Assembly (NCBI GenBank): GCA_022425325.1
Contig: JAKMFW010000037.1
Location: 8,127 to 72,126, forward strand
Direction of reading: 5' to 3'
DNA: 64,000 bases
DNA from: Acidimicrobiales bacterium
Lineage (GTDB): Bacteria; Actinomycetota; Acidimicrobiia; Acidimicrobiales; Aldehydirespiratoraceae
The position numbers and the translations under genes are program-made. Below the pieces are notes generated by a model. It saw only the letters and a program-made list of their open reading frames with translations, had not been told where the DNA came from and searched no databases. The stretch's first letter is position 1. Each line of letters starts with the position of its first letter. Positions 1-10,319 of the stretch are shown here, one piece after another.

Positions 1-273
1 TACTTCATCCTCATCCGGCCGCAGCAGCGCCAGGTGAAGCAACAGCAGGCGCGTATCCGGTCGCTCGAGGCCGGCATGATCGTCGTCACGAACTCCGGCA
101 TCCACGGCGCTATCGCCGAGGTCGAGGACAAGGTCATCTGGCTCGAGGTCGCCCCGGAGGTCGAACTGAAGATCTCCAAGGGTGCGGTCGCCGAGATCAT
201 CACCGACGATGACGAGGACGAAAACGACGACGAGAGCGCCGACGATCTCGCCGCAGACGACGCCGACGCCTGA
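1..273 (+). CDS. yajC: Preprotein translocase subunit YajC (5' end outside window)
   Basis: Frame 1 is open from nt 1 (YFILIRPQQRQ...) and continues into listed ORF 34..273. The IRPQQ+R motif, small size and position directly upstream of secD-secF are typical of YajC. It has an acidic D/E-rich C-terminal tail. Confidence 0.85.
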   Translation, partial: YFILIRPQQRQVKQQQARIRSLEAGMIVVTNSGIHGAIAEVEDKVIWLEVAPEVELKISKGAVAEIITDDDEDENDDESADDLAADDADA

Positions 274-278
274 GCGAC

Positions 279-1808
279 GTGCGCCGTCAGGTCACCTACG
301 TCGTCGGGATCATCGCGATCTCGGTTGCGGGTCTCGTCTACACCTTCGCGTCGGGCAATGAGCCGCTGCTCGGCCTCGACTTGCAGGGCGGGGCATCCGT
401 CGTGCTCGAACCCGAGCCGCTGCCCGACGGCCAGGAGATTACGGAGGAGACCCTCGACCAGGCGGTCGACATCATCCGAAATCGTGTCGATGGTCTCGGC
501 GTCCGTGAGCCTGAGGTGACCCGCCAGGGCGAGACGATCCTCGTCCAGATCCCCGGCGTCGAGGATCAGCAGCGTGCGATCGATCTTGTCGGTCAGACCG
601 CCGAGCTTCGTTTCCGACCCGTCCTCGAGCAGGCCACTCTCGACGACGAGGCCGCGTTCAATGCCGCAACCGCAGCGATCGCCGCCGGTGATCTCGACGG
701 TACCGCGCTCGCCGAGGCACAGGCCGTCGTCGATCGGTGGACCCTCACCCCTGACGCTGCCACCTCGGAGCCTTCGGTCCTGCAGGAGCGCAACAACCCG
801 ACCTTCCAGGGTCGAATCCGGATGGGTCCGGTGCCGACTGTGCTCGAGCCCGAGGTGCCCGGTCAGCGCCTGACGGGTGAGGCCTTGGAGAGCGCGGCCG
901 CCCGCTTCAATGTGCAGCAGGGCTGGTCGGTTGCGCCGATCTTCACGTCTGGTTCGCCCGGCATCGACGACTTCAACGTGATCGCCGCCGCGTGCAATAC
1001 GTTCCAGGCCTCGTGTCCGGCCGGCCGGGTCGCCATCGAGATCGACGGGTTCGTCGAGTCGGCCCCGAGTGTCAACGCCGCCTACTTCGAGCGCGACCAG
1101 ATCACGATCTCCGGCTCGTTCACCGAGGAGGAGGCCAAGGACCTCGCTCTGGCACTCAACTTTGGTGCTCTGCCGCTCGAACTCACCCCGCAGGAGAGTC
1201 GCATCGTCAGTTCCACCCTCGGTGAGGATGCCCTCGACGCCGGCGTGCTCGCCGGTCTCATCGGCGTGCTGCTCGTCTCTATCTATCTGATCGCCTATTA
1301 CCGCTACCTCGGCGTCGTGGCGATCGTGTCGTTGCTGATCTCCGGGGCGCTGCTGTGGACCATCGTCGCCTGGCTCGGCGCCTCGCAAGGACTTGCGCTC
1401 ACGCTCGCCGGGGTCACGGGTCTGATCGTGTCGATCGGTGTGTCGGTCGACTCCAACGTCGTGTACTTCGAGCATTTGAAGGAGGACGTGAAGGGTGGCC
1501 GCACGGTTCGGTCGGCTGTCGAGCGGTCGTTCCCGATCGCCTACTCGACGATCGTGAAGGCCAATGTCGCGAGCCTGATCGCTGCTGTCGTGCTCTACAC
1601 CCTCACCGTCGGCCAGGTCCGCGGCTTCGCCCTCTTCCTCGGGCTGGCCACGGTGCTCGATCTCGTCGCCACCTACTTCTTCATGGGCCCTGCGATCCGC
1701 ATCCTCGCCAATCTCGAGATCGATCTCGCCCGGAAACCCAGCACGTACGGGATCCCGAAGGCGCGTGACGCCGTCCCGGAGCCGGCGACGACTGGAGGTG
1801 CCTCGTGA
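279..1808 (+). CDS. secD: Protein translocase subunit SecD
   Basis: 509-aa ORF with an N-terminal TM helix, a large extracytoplasmic domain and a C-terminal multi-TM block (GLIVSIGVSVDSNVVYFE). It lies between yajC and secF, with a 4-nt overlap to secF. Confidence 0.9.
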   Translation: MRRQVTYVVGIIAISVAGLVYTFASGNEPLLGLDLQGGASVVLEPEPLPDGQEITEETLDQAVDIIRNRVDGLGVREPEVTRQGETILVQIPGVEDQQRAIDLVGQTAELRFRPVLEQATLDDEAAFNAATAAIAAGDLDGTALAEAQAVVDRWTLTPDAATSEPSVLQERNNPTFQGRIRMGPVPTVLEPEVPGQRLTGEALESAAARFNVQQGWSVAPIFTSGSPGIDDFNVIAAACNTFQASCPAGRVAIEIDGFVESAPSVNAAYFERDQITISGSFTEEEAKDLALALNFGALPLELTPQESRIVSSTLGEDALDAGVLAGLIGVLLVSIYLIAYYRYLGVVAIVSLLISGALLWTIVAWLGASQGLALTLAGVTGLIVSIGVSVDSNVVYFEHLKEDVKGGRTVRSAVERSFPIAYSTIVKANVASLIAAVVLYTLTVGQVRGFALFLGLATVLDLVATYFFMGPAIRILANLEIDLARKPSTYGIPKARDAVPEPATTGGAS

Positions 1809-2965
1809 AGACGCTCCGCATGCTCTTTCGCAACGAGCACCACTTCGACTTCCCGGCGATGTGGCGCAAGGCTCTCATCGGCTCGGCTGTGCTCGTTCTC
1901 GTCAGTGTCGGCGCGCTCGTGTTCCGTGGCCTCAACCTCGGGATCGAGTTCGAGGGCGGCACGGCGTGGGAAGTGACCGCTCCCGGCGTGTCCGTCGCCG
2001 ACACCCGTGATGCCCTCGGCGGCACCGGCGCCGAAAGTGGCAAGATCCAGACCCTCGGTTCCGATGCGATTCGGGTCCGGGCCGACCTCGATACGCAGGA
2101 AGAGGTTGCCGCAGTGACGGCGACCCTCGCCGAACTTGCGTCGGTCGACGTCACCGATGTCAGCGTGACCACGGTCGGTCCGTCGTGGGGTGATCAGATC
2201 ACGAGCAAGGCCCGCAACGCGCTCTTCTGGTTCTTCGTCATCGTCGCGGGGTACATCGCCGTGAGGCTCGAATGGAAGATGGCCGTGGGCGCGCTCGTGG
2301 CCGTGGCCCACGACATCCTCATCTCGGTCGGTGTCTACGCGATCTTCCAGTTCGAGGTCACGCCGGCGACCGTCATCGCGTTCCTGACGATCATGGGCTA
2401 CTCGCTCTACGACACGATCGTCGTCTACGACAAGGTCCGTGATGTCGGTGGGCGGCTCACCGTCACCGGTCGCTACACCTACAGCGAGATGATGAACCAG
2501 TCGCTCAACCAGGTGTTGATGCGCTCGATCAACACCTCGATCACGTCGGTGCTCCCGGTGTTGTCGATGCTGCTGATCGGCTCGGTCTTCCTTGGGGCGC
2601 TGACGCTGCAGGAGTTCGCCATCGCCTTGCTGATCGGCATCCTCGTCGGCACCTACTCGTCGATCTTCGTCGCGGCCTCCGTCGTGGCGTACATGAAGGA
2701 GCGCGAAGCCGAAAACCGGGCAGTCGCCGACAAGGTCCGTGCTCGTGAAGGCGAGACCGGTACCCGACGGGTCAGCGAGGACGATGTCGCTCTCGCCGGT
2801 ATCCCGACGACCCGCGAGCGGCCGAGCAGGAGTGGGAGTCGCACCTCGAGCAGTCAGCGTCCGTCCGGGGGGCAGGCGGCGCAGCGCGGCGCAGCGGCGA
2901 AACGCGCACCGGCGTCCGCTCGACCCGGTCAGCCGCCGAAGCCGCGGAAAAAGAAGAAGTCCTGA
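1805..2965 (+). CDS. secF: Protein translocase subunit SecF
   Basis: 386-aa ORF with the LNLGIEFEGGT motif and a SecF-type TM block (FLTIMGYSLYDTIVVYDKVR). It has a basic, Pro/Arg-rich C-terminal tail. Confidence 0.9.
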   Translation: MKTLRMLFRNEHHFDFPAMWRKALIGSAVLVLVSVGALVFRGLNLGIEFEGGTAWEVTAPGVSVADTRDALGGTGAESGKIQTLGSDAIRVRADLDTQEEVAAVTATLAELASVDVTDVSVTTVGPSWGDQITSKARNALFWFFVIVAGYIAVRLEWKMAVGALVAVAHDILISVGVYAIFQFEVTPATVIAFLTIMGYSLYDTIVVYDKVRDVGGRLTVTGRYTYSEMMNQSLNQVLMRSINTSITSVLPVLSMLLIGSVFLGALTLQEFAIALLIGILVGTYSSIFVAASVVAYMKEREAENRAVADKVRAREGETGTRRVSEDDVALAGIPTTRERPSRSGSRTSSSQRPSGGQAAQRGAAAKRAPASARPGQPPKPRKKKKS

Positions 2966-2980
2966 ACCCGCTACGATCGG

Positions 2981-3520
2981 GTGATGGGACGACTGTCCGT
3001 CGCCGAACTCGCCGGCCTGATCCGCGACATCCCCGACGTTCCTCAGCCTGGGATCGTCTTCAAGGACATCACGCCCCTGCTCGCTCACCCGGACGGGCTC
3101 GCGTCGACCATCGAGGCGCTCGCCGTTCCGTGGCGTGACGCCGGAATCGACACCGTCGTCGGCATCGAAGCTCGAGGCTTCATCCTCGGTGCCGCCGTGG
3201 CCCACTCGCTCGGCGTCGGCTTCGTTCCGATCCGCAAGGCGGGCAAGCTCCCCGGCGTCACGATGGCCCAGCAGTACGACCTCGAATACGGCACCGACAC
3301 GATCGAGATCCACGCCGACGCCGTCTCGCCCGGCGAGCATGTCCTCGTGCTCGACGATGTGCTCGCCACCGGTGGCACGGCAGCCGCAGCGGCCCTGCTC
3401 CTCCGACGACTCGGCGCCACCGTCGCCGGTTGCTCGTTTCTGCTCGAACTGTCGTTCCTCGACGGGCGAGCCAAGCTCGGCGATGCTCGTATCGAGACGG
3501 TGATCGAGGTGGGTGGCTGA
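2981..3520 (+). CDS. apt: Adenine phosphoribosyltransferase
   Basis: 179 aa. It has the FKDITPLL N-terminal motif and the PRPP-binding loop VLVLDDVLATGGT. Confidence 0.9.
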   Translation: MMGRLSVAELAGLIRDIPDVPQPGIVFKDITPLLAHPDGLASTIEALAVPWRDAGIDTVVGIEARGFILGAAVAHSLGVGFVPIRKAGKLPGVTMAQQYDLEYGTDTIEIHADAVSPGEHVLVLDDVLATGGTAAAAALLLRRLGATVAGCSFLLELSFLDGRAKLGDARIETVIEVGG

Positions 3521-5760
3521 TGTCGACCGTCACCCGCGTCCTGCCCTGGCGTCGTGCCGCCAACCGGCCACCCTCCGCCGAGATCGCGCCCCTGCTCGCC
3601 GAATACGCCAAGCACCACCCGAAGGCCGAAACGACCCTGATCGAGGCCGCGTTCGCCGTGGCCGAGGAGGCGCATCGGGGCCAGAACCGCAAGTCGGGGG
3701 AGCCGTACATCCGCCATCCGGTCGCGGTGGCCACCGTCGTTGCCCGTCAGGGCCTCGACGACATCTCCATCGCCGCCGCTCTGCTTCACGACGCCGTCGA
3801 GGACACGGTGGTCGGCCTCGAGGAGCTTGAGCGAGAGTTCTCGTCGGAGCTCGCCGGCATCGTCGACGGGGTCACCAAGCTCGATCGGGTCCATTACGAC
3901 TCCAAGGAAGAGCAGCAGGCCGCCACGATGCGCAAGATGATCGTGGCGATCGCTCAGGACATTCGGGTGTTGATCATCAAGCTCGCCGATCGTCTCCACA
4001 ATCTGCAGACCATCGCAGGCATGCCGGCATTCAAACAGGAGCGCACCGCTCGCGAGACCCTCGAGGTCTACGCCCCGCTTGCGCACCGGCTCGGCATGCA
4101 GGAGATGAAGATGCAGCTGGAGGATCTCTCCTTCGCTGCGCTCCACACCCGCCGTTACGCGGAGATCGACCAGATGGTTCAGCTCCGCGCCCCGGAGCGT
4201 GATCTCTACCTCGCTCAGGTCGTCGGCGACGTGCAGGCCCGGCTCGCCGAACTCGGCATCCGTGCCGACGTCGAGGGTCGCCCGAAACACCTCTGGTCGA
4301 TCTACGAGAAAATGGTCGTGAAGGGCCGCCCGTTCGATGAGATCTTCGACCTGGTCGCCATCCGAGTGATCTGTGACTCCGTGCGCGATTGCTACGGGGC
4401 ACTCGGTTCGATCCACGCCACATGGCGTCCGGTGCAGGGCCGGTTCAAGGACTACATCGCGATGCCGAAGTTCAACCTCTACCAGTCGTTGCACACGACC
4501 GTGGTGGGGCCTCAGGGCAAGTCGCTCGAAGTGCAGTTGCGCACCCGGGAGATGCACGCCCGCGCCGAGCACGGCGTGGCGGCCCACTGGGACTACAAGG
4601 AGGATTCGCCGGGTGGCGACCTCGCGTGGTTGAACCGCATCGTCGAATGGCAGCAGGAGACATCCGACCCGTCGGAGTTCATGTCGAACCTGAAGTTCGA
4701 TCTCGACCAGGACGAGGTCTTCGTCTTCACGCCGAAGGGCAAGGTCATCGAGTTGCCGGTCGGAGCGACGCCGATCGACTTCGCCTACACGATCCACACC
4801 GACGTCGGCCACCGCTGTGTCGGTGCCAAGGTCAACGGCCGCCTCGTATCGCTCGACACCCGACTTGAGTCGGGTGATTCGGTCGAGGTCTTCACCTCCA
4901 ACGTCGAGGGTGCTGGTCCGAGCCGCGACTGGCTGAAGTTCGTCGCCAGCCGACGGGCGGCCAACAAGATCAAGCAGTGGTACATCCGGGAGCGCCGCGA
5001 GGACGCGATCGAGGAAGGTCGAGACGATCTCATCCAGGCGCTTCGCCGGGAGGGACTCGCTGCTCGCCGCATCCTCAAAGAGCCGGTCTTTGCGTCGGTT
5101 CTCGAGGCGATGAACTACATCGACGAGGACCTGCTCTTCGCCGCTATCGGCGAAGGCCATGTCACCGCCCAGACGGTCGCCGAGCGACTCGGTCGAGAGT
5201 TGCGCGGCGAAGAGGAGACCGAGACCGTCGTCGAGGCGCAGCGACTGCCGTCGACCGTCAACCGCCGTTCGGGAGGTCGTCGCCGGGTCAACCAGTCGGT
5301 CGGTGTCCATGTCGAAGGCCTCGACGACATCATGGTCCGGCTCTCGCGGTGCTGTGCGCCGGTGCCGCCCGATGAGATCATCGGCTTCGTCACCCGAGGC
5401 CGAGGCGTGTCGGTGCACCGCAGTGACTGTCTCAACGCCATGGAACTGTCCGAAGGGCAGCCCGACCGCCTGATCGACGTCGAGTGGGACGATGAGCACG
5501 TCGGGCGGTTCTCGACCACGATCGAGATCCTGGCACTCGATCGGGCTGCGCTGCTCGTCGACGTCGCCAGGGTGCTCACCGATCACGGCCTCAACGTCAC
5601 CGGTGTGAGCACGGAGACCGGCGACGATGCCGTGGCCAAGATGCAATTTGAGTTCGAACTCGCCGATGTCAGCCAGCTCGATTCGGTGCTGTCATCGGTC
5701 TACGGCATCGAGTCGGTCTATGAGGCCTACCGGATCATGCCCGGCGCCGCCCGCTCCTGA
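3520..5760 (+). CDS. rel: Bifunctional (p)ppGpp synthetase/hydrolase (RelA/SpoT family, Rel)
   Basis: ORF track starts at 3430, inside apt. I moved the start to ATG 3520, which overlaps the apt stop (TGATG). HD hydrolase motifs are present (HRGQNRKSGEPYIRHP, LLHDAVEDT). Synthetase motifs are present (RPKHLWSIYEKM, YQSLHTTV). TGS- and ACT-like C-terminal regions follow. Confidence 0.9.
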   Translation: MSTVTRVLPWRRAANRPPSAEIAPLLAEYAKHHPKAETTLIEAAFAVAEEAHRGQNRKSGEPYIRHPVAVATVVARQGLDDISIAAALLHDAVEDTVVGLEELEREFSSELAGIVDGVTKLDRVHYDSKEEQQAATMRKMIVAIAQDIRVLIIKLADRLHNLQTIAGMPAFKQERTARETLEVYAPLAHRLGMQEMKMQLEDLSFAALHTRRYAEIDQMVQLRAPERDLYLAQVVGDVQARLAELGIRADVEGRPKHLWSIYEKMVVKGRPFDEIFDLVAIRVICDSVRDCYGALGSIHATWRPVQGRFKDYIAMPKFNLYQSLHTTVVGPQGKSLEVQLRTREMHARAEHGVAAHWDYKEDSPGGDLAWLNRIVEWQQETSDPSEFMSNLKFDLDQDEVFVFTPKGKVIELPVGATPIDFAYTIHTDVGHRCVGAKVNGRLVSLDTRLESGDSVEVFTSNVEGAGPSRDWLKFVASRRAANKIKQWYIRERREDAIEEGRDDLIQALRREGLAARRILKEPVFASVLEAMNYIDEDLLFAAIGEGHVTAQTVAERLGRELRGEEETETVVEAQRLPSTVNRRSGGRRRVNQSVGVHVEGLDDIMVRLSRCCAPVPPDEIIGFVTRGRGVSVHRSDCLNAMELSEGQPDRLIDVEWDDEHVGRFSTTIEILALDRAALLVDVARVLTDHGLNVTGVSTETGDDAVAKMQFEFELADVSQLDSVLSSVYGIESVYEAYRIMPGAARS

Positions 5761-5854
5761 CCTCCCGCCTGGTCCCAGGTGCCGGGACCGGGGAACGCAT
5801 CGCGGACAGGAATACCCGCAGGGAGGGGAGGGGTGGCCGGTAGCCTGACCCCTC

Positions 5855-7120
5855 GTGGCCGAGCCGACCTTCAAAGCCCCCAAGGGCACGCGTGACATCC
5901 TGCCGCCCGAGTCGGGTCGTCGCCGGGCGCTGATCGACGCGTTCGCGCAGCAGGCTGAACTCGCCGGCTTCGGCGAGATCATGTCGCCGATCTTTGAGGA
6001 CCTCGGCGTCTTCAAGCGACTCGGCGAGTCGACCGACGTCGTCACCAAGGAGATGTTCGACTTCTTCGACAAGGGCGACCCGCCGCAGCATCTCGCCCTC
6101 CGGCCGGAACTCACTGCGTCGGTGTGCCGCGCCTTTGCCGAGCATCGACCCACCCCGCCGTGGAAGGTCTGGTACGAGGGTCCCCAGTTCCGGTACGAGC
6201 AGCCCCAGGCCGGCCGTTACCGCCAGTTCGCCCAGGTCGGCATCGAGACCCTCGGCACCGATGACCCCCAAGCCGACGTCGACGCAATCGCCCTCGGCTG
6301 GCACTTCTATGCGTCGCTCGGCCTACGCGAGATCACCTTGCTGCTGAACAGCCTCGGCGACCCGACCTGCCGCCCGGCCTACATGGAGGCGCTGCGGACC
6401 TACCTCTCCGACAACGCGGCGTCGTTGTCGCCGCAGAGCCAAGTCACGCTCGAACGCAACCCGCTGCGCGTGCTCGACTCGAAGCGCGCCGAAGATGCAG
6501 CGATCATCTCGGCTGCACCACTGATGGTCGATTTCCTCACCGACGAGACCCGTGAACACTTCGAGACGGTCCGAGCCGGTCTCGATCAGCTGGGCATTCC
6601 GTACGAGCTGTCACCGCGCCTCGTGCGCGGCCTCGACTACTACACGCGAACCACGTTCGAGTTCGCCGCCGATGCCCTTGCCACGGCCCAGAATGCCGTG
6701 GGCGGCGGTGGCCGGTACGACGGCCTGGTCGAAGATCTCGGTGGTCCCGCCACCCCGGGCATTGGCTTCGCCCTGGGCGTCGACCGCATCCTCCTCGCCT
6801 GCGACGCCGAAGGCGTCTTCACCACGCCCGAGTCGGCGGTGAAGGTCTTCGTCGTCGACGTGACCGGCGGCAGCCACGCCCTCGGGGTGTGCACCACCCT
6901 CCGGAACGCCGGCATCGGCGCCGACCGTTCCTACGGTGGCCGCTCCATGAAGGCCCAGATGAAGGTCGCCGACCGTTCCGGTGCTCCGTTCGCCGCCATC
7001 ATCGGTGAGGACGAGGTCGTCAACGGCGAGGTGACCCTCCGCGATCTTCGCGGCGACACCGGCCAGCAGCGGATCGCTCTCGCCGATCTCGCCGAGCACG
7101 TTGCTCGCCTCCTCTCGTAA
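5855..7120 (+). CDS. hisS: Histidine--tRNA ligase
   Basis: 421 aa with a GTG start. It has the GTRDILP motif, class II synthetase motifs (FRYEQPQAGRYRQF, GGGGRYDGL) and a C-terminal anticodon-binding domain. Confidence 0.9.
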   Translation: MAEPTFKAPKGTRDILPPESGRRRALIDAFAQQAELAGFGEIMSPIFEDLGVFKRLGESTDVVTKEMFDFFDKGDPPQHLALRPELTASVCRAFAEHRPTPPWKVWYEGPQFRYEQPQAGRYRQFAQVGIETLGTDDPQADVDAIALGWHFYASLGLREITLLLNSLGDPTCRPAYMEALRTYLSDNAASLSPQSQVTLERNPLRVLDSKRAEDAAIISAAPLMVDFLTDETREHFETVRAGLDQLGIPYELSPRLVRGLDYYTRTTFEFAADALATAQNAVGGGGRYDGLVEDLGGPATPGIGFALGVDRILLACDAEGVFTTPESAVKVFVVDVTGGSHALGVCTTLRNAGIGADRSYGGRSMKAQMKVADRSGAPFAAIIGEDEVVNGEVTLRDLRGDTGQQRIALADLAEHVARLLS

Positions 7121-7168
7121 CCCTCCATTCAGCAACCCCTTCTCCCAGCGATCAGGAATCACCAGGAC

Positions 7169-8929
7169 ATGCAGGATCACACCACCTCGATGCGCACCGA
7201 CATGTGCGGCCAGCTGACGGCTGCCGATGCCGGCCGGACGGTCTCCGTGTGCGGCTGGGTCGACCGCCGTCGCGAGCACGGCGAGCACCTCGCCTTCATC
7301 GATCTGCGCGACCGCACCGGTGTCGTGCAGTGCGTCGTCAACTCGAGCCACGACCTCCGCAGCGAATACGTCGCAAAGATGACCGGCGAGGTACGCCTGC
7401 GGCCTGACGACACGGCGAACCGTGACCTCGCCACGGGCGAGATCGAGATCGAGGTCGTCGAGATCGAGATTCTGGCCGAGGCCGAGCCACCGCCGTTCCC
7501 CCTCGACGAGCGCACCGAGGTCGATGAGACCATCCGTCTGCGTCACCGCTACGTCGACCTGCGCAAGCAGCGGATGCAGAACAACCTTCGCACCCGCGCC
7601 GCCGTGAACTCCGCCGTGCGCCGCGGCATGGAGGAGCAGGGCTTCGTCGAGGTCGAGACCCCGATGTTGATTGCGTCCACCCCCGAGGGTGCTCGCGACT
7701 TCGTCGTGCCCTCCCGCAAGGAGCCGGGTTCGTTCTACGCCCTGCCCCAGAGCCCACAGCTGTTCAAGCAGCTCTGCATGGTCGGTGGCGTCGACCGCTA
7801 CTACCAAATCGCCCGCTGTCTGCGCGACGAAGACCTCCGCGCCGACCGTCAGTTCGAATTCATGCAGCTCGACGCCGAGATGAGCTTCGTCGACCAAGAA
7901 GATGTCTTCACCGCGATCGGTCATGCGGTTGCCAACGCCGCCGAGGCGGTCACCGGCGAGCGACCCACCGAATTCGCACGCATGACCTGGCTCGAGGCGC
8001 AGGAGCGGTACGGCTCGGACAAGCCCGACATCCGGTTCGGGATGGAACTCGTCGAACTCACCCCGATCTTCGAAGGCACCGAGGCCCGCGTGTTCCAGGC
8101 CCCCTGCGTGAAGGGCATCCGCATGGAGGGCGGTGTCGAGGCACTCAGCCGCAACCAGATCGACTCCCTCGTCGAGACCTGCCAGCGCTGGGGCGCGAAG
8201 GGTCTTGCGTGGATGAAGGTCATCGACGGCGAGTCGGGGCCGGCCCTCGACGCCGGTGTCGCCAAGTTCCTGTCCGCTGACGAGTCGTCACAGGTCATCG
8301 CCGCACTCGAGGCCCAACCCGGCGACATGGTCTTCCTCGTCGCCGACGAGCGTCGTCTCGTGCGCCACGTGCTCGGCCTGCTGCGTCTCGAACTCGGCAA
8401 GCCGCCGGTGAACGAAGGGGGACTCAACTTCCTCTGGGTCGTCGACTTCCCGCTGTTCGAGACGATCGCCGACAACGGCAAGCCGATCCCGGCGCACCAT
8501 CCGTTCACGATGCCGCACGAGGACGACTGGGATCTGCTCGACGGTTCGGGCGAGGACCTGCTCAAGGTCCGCTCGCAGGCCTACGACCTCGTGCTCAACG
8601 GCTGGGAGCTCGGTTCGGGTTCGATCCGGATCAACCGCTCCGACGTGCAGAATCGCATCTTCGAACTCCTTGGCATCGGCGAGGAGGAGCGGCGGGCGAA
8701 GTTCGGCTTCTTCATCGATGCATTCCGCTACGGCGCTCCACCGCACGGTGGTTTCGCGTTCGGGCTCGATCGCCTCACGGCGCTTCTGGCGGGTGAGACC
8801 AACATCCGCGAGGTCATCGCGTTCCCGAAGACACAGTCGGGCGCCGATCCGCTGACCAATGCGCCGTCGCCGATCGACGACGGGCACCTCGAGGAACTCG
8901 GGATCCGGGTCCTGCCGCCTGCGACCTGA
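7169..8929 (+). CDS. aspS: Aspartate--tRNA ligase
   Basis: 586 aa with an N-terminal OB fold (LAFIDLRDRTG). It has the QSPQLFKQ motif, a GAD-type insertion and class II motif 3 (GGFAFGLDR). Confidence 0.9.
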   Translation: MQDHTTSMRTDMCGQLTAADAGRTVSVCGWVDRRREHGEHLAFIDLRDRTGVVQCVVNSSHDLRSEYVAKMTGEVRLRPDDTANRDLATGEIEIEVVEIEILAEAEPPPFPLDERTEVDETIRLRHRYVDLRKQRMQNNLRTRAAVNSAVRRGMEEQGFVEVETPMLIASTPEGARDFVVPSRKEPGSFYALPQSPQLFKQLCMVGGVDRYYQIARCLRDEDLRADRQFEFMQLDAEMSFVDQEDVFTAIGHAVANAAEAVTGERPTEFARMTWLEAQERYGSDKPDIRFGMELVELTPIFEGTEARVFQAPCVKGIRMEGGVEALSRNQIDSLVETCQRWGAKGLAWMKVIDGESGPALDAGVAKFLSADESSQVIAALEAQPGDMVFLVADERRLVRHVLGLLRLELGKPPVNEGGLNFLWVVDFPLFETIADNGKPIPAHHPFTMPHEDDWDLLDGSGEDLLKVRSQAYDLVLNGWELGSGSIRINRSDVQNRIFELLGIGEEERRAKFGFFIDAFRYGAPPHGGFAFGLDRLTALLAGETNIREVIAFPKTQSGADPLTNAPSPIDDGHLEELGIRVLPPAT

Positions 8930-8985
8930 CCTCTGGGTTTCGGCACACCTGCGGTCTGGAGGTCGCCGAGGATAGGGTCCCGGCG

Positions 8986-10305
8986 ATGGCCGACGACCTG
9001 TTCGCCGCCGCCGCCGAAGAGCGCTTGTCGGGACGTTCACCGCTCGCGGCCCGGCTGCGGCCGCGCAACCTCGACGATGTGGTCGGCCAGCGCCACCTGC
9101 TCGCCCCCGGACGTCCGTTGCGGGCCCTCATCGAGGGTGACCGGTTGTCGTCGGTGATCTTCTGGGGCCCACCCGGCACGGGAAAGACGAGCCTGTCACG
9201 CCTGATCGCGTCGACGACCGAGAAGGTGTTCGTCGAACTGTCGGCGGTTACGGCATCGGTGAAGGACGTGCGGGAAGAGATCGCGTCGGCTCGTCACCGA
9301 CTCGGCGAGCGCGGCACCGGGACGATCCTGTTCCTCGACGAGGTGCACCGGTTCAACAAGGCCCAACAGGACACGCTGCTGCCTGCCGTCGAGGAGGGGT
9401 TGATCGTGCTGATCGGCGCCACCACCGAAAATCCGCACTTCGAGGTCAACCCGCCGCTGATGTCGCGGTCGACCCTGTTTCGTCTCCATGCCCTTGACGA
9501 GACCGACATCGCCGAGCTCGTCCGACGGGGTCTCGAGGTCGAGGGCGCGAGCGCCGACGCCGACGCCGTCGAGCATCTCGCCGGCCGGGCGGGCGGCGAC
9601 GGCCGCCACGCGCTCACCAGTACTGAGGTCGCCGTCGCCCTGGCCGCAGCCCGGGGGCGTCCGATCCATGTCACGCTCGACGATGCCGAGGGAGCCGTCG
9701 ACGCCAAGGCGGTCCGCTACGGCCGCGACGGCCACTACGACGTCATCAGTGCCTTCATCAAGAGCATCCGTGGCTCGGACGCCGACGCTGCCGTGTACTG
9801 GCTCGCCCGCATGCTCGAGGCAGGGGAGGACCCTCGTTTCATCGCTCGACGCATGGTGATCCACGCGTCCGAGGACATCGGTATGGCCGACCCGCAAGCG
9901 CTGCTCGTCGCGACCGCAGCGGCACAGGCGGTCGAGTTCGTCGGTCTGCCCGAGGCGCAGCTCAATCTGGCCCAAGCGGCGATCCACCTGGCGACCTCGC
10001 CGAAGTCGAACCGGGTCACCCAGGCGATCTTCGAGGCCAAGGCCGCTGCCCGTGAAGCTGGCACCGGTGAAGTGCCGCCGCACCTGCGTGACGCGCATTA
10101 TTCGGGAGCGGCATCGCTCGGCCACGGCACCGACTACCGGTATCCCCATGACGACCCGTCGGGTCATGTCGAGCAGCAGTATCTGCCCGACGAGATGGTC
10201 GGTCGGGTGTTCTACGACCCCACGGTGCACGGGCGAGAGGGACGACTTCGGCAGTGGTGGCCAGGCCATCGCGACGTTGGGGACCCAGGCGACCGAGACG
10301 TGTGA
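8986..10305 (+). CDS. rarA: Replication-associated recombination protein A (AAA+ ATPase RarA/MgsA)
   Basis: 439 aa with Walker A GPPGTGKTS and Walker B/sensor LFLDEVHRFNKAQQD. The C-terminal MgsA domain is present (YDVISAFIKSIRGSD, YWLARML). Confidence 0.9.
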   Translation: MADDLFAAAAEERLSGRSPLAARLRPRNLDDVVGQRHLLAPGRPLRALIEGDRLSSVIFWGPPGTGKTSLSRLIASTTEKVFVELSAVTASVKDVREEIASARHRLGERGTGTILFLDEVHRFNKAQQDTLLPAVEEGLIVLIGATTENPHFEVNPPLMSRSTLFRLHALDETDIAELVRRGLEVEGASADADAVEHLAGRAGGDGRHALTSTEVAVALAAARGRPIHVTLDDAEGAVDAKAVRYGRDGHYDVISAFIKSIRGSDADAAVYWLARMLEAGEDPRFIARRMVIHASEDIGMADPQALLVATAAAQAVEFVGLPEAQLNLAQAAIHLATSPKSNRVTQAIFEAKAAAREAGTGEVPPHLRDAHYSGAASLGHGTDYRYPHDDPSGHVEQQYLPDEMVGRVFYDPTVHGREGRLRQWWPGHRDVGDPGDRDV

Positions 10306-10319
10306 TTGACTGAGCACTG

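Noticed and set aside
3085-5646. 853-aa ORF on the minus strand
   Set aside because: It lies entirely antisense to the well-supported apt/rel genes. Its translation is Arg/Gly/Asp/Val-rich low-information sequence with no recognisable motif. Long stop-free antisense frames are expected at this GC content.
5771-5789. Hairpin GGTCCC-aggtgcc-GGGACC after rel as an intrinsic terminator
   Set aside because: It has a short stem, a 7-nt loop and no downstream U tract (followed by GGGGAACGC). It cannot be called a terminator from sequence alone.
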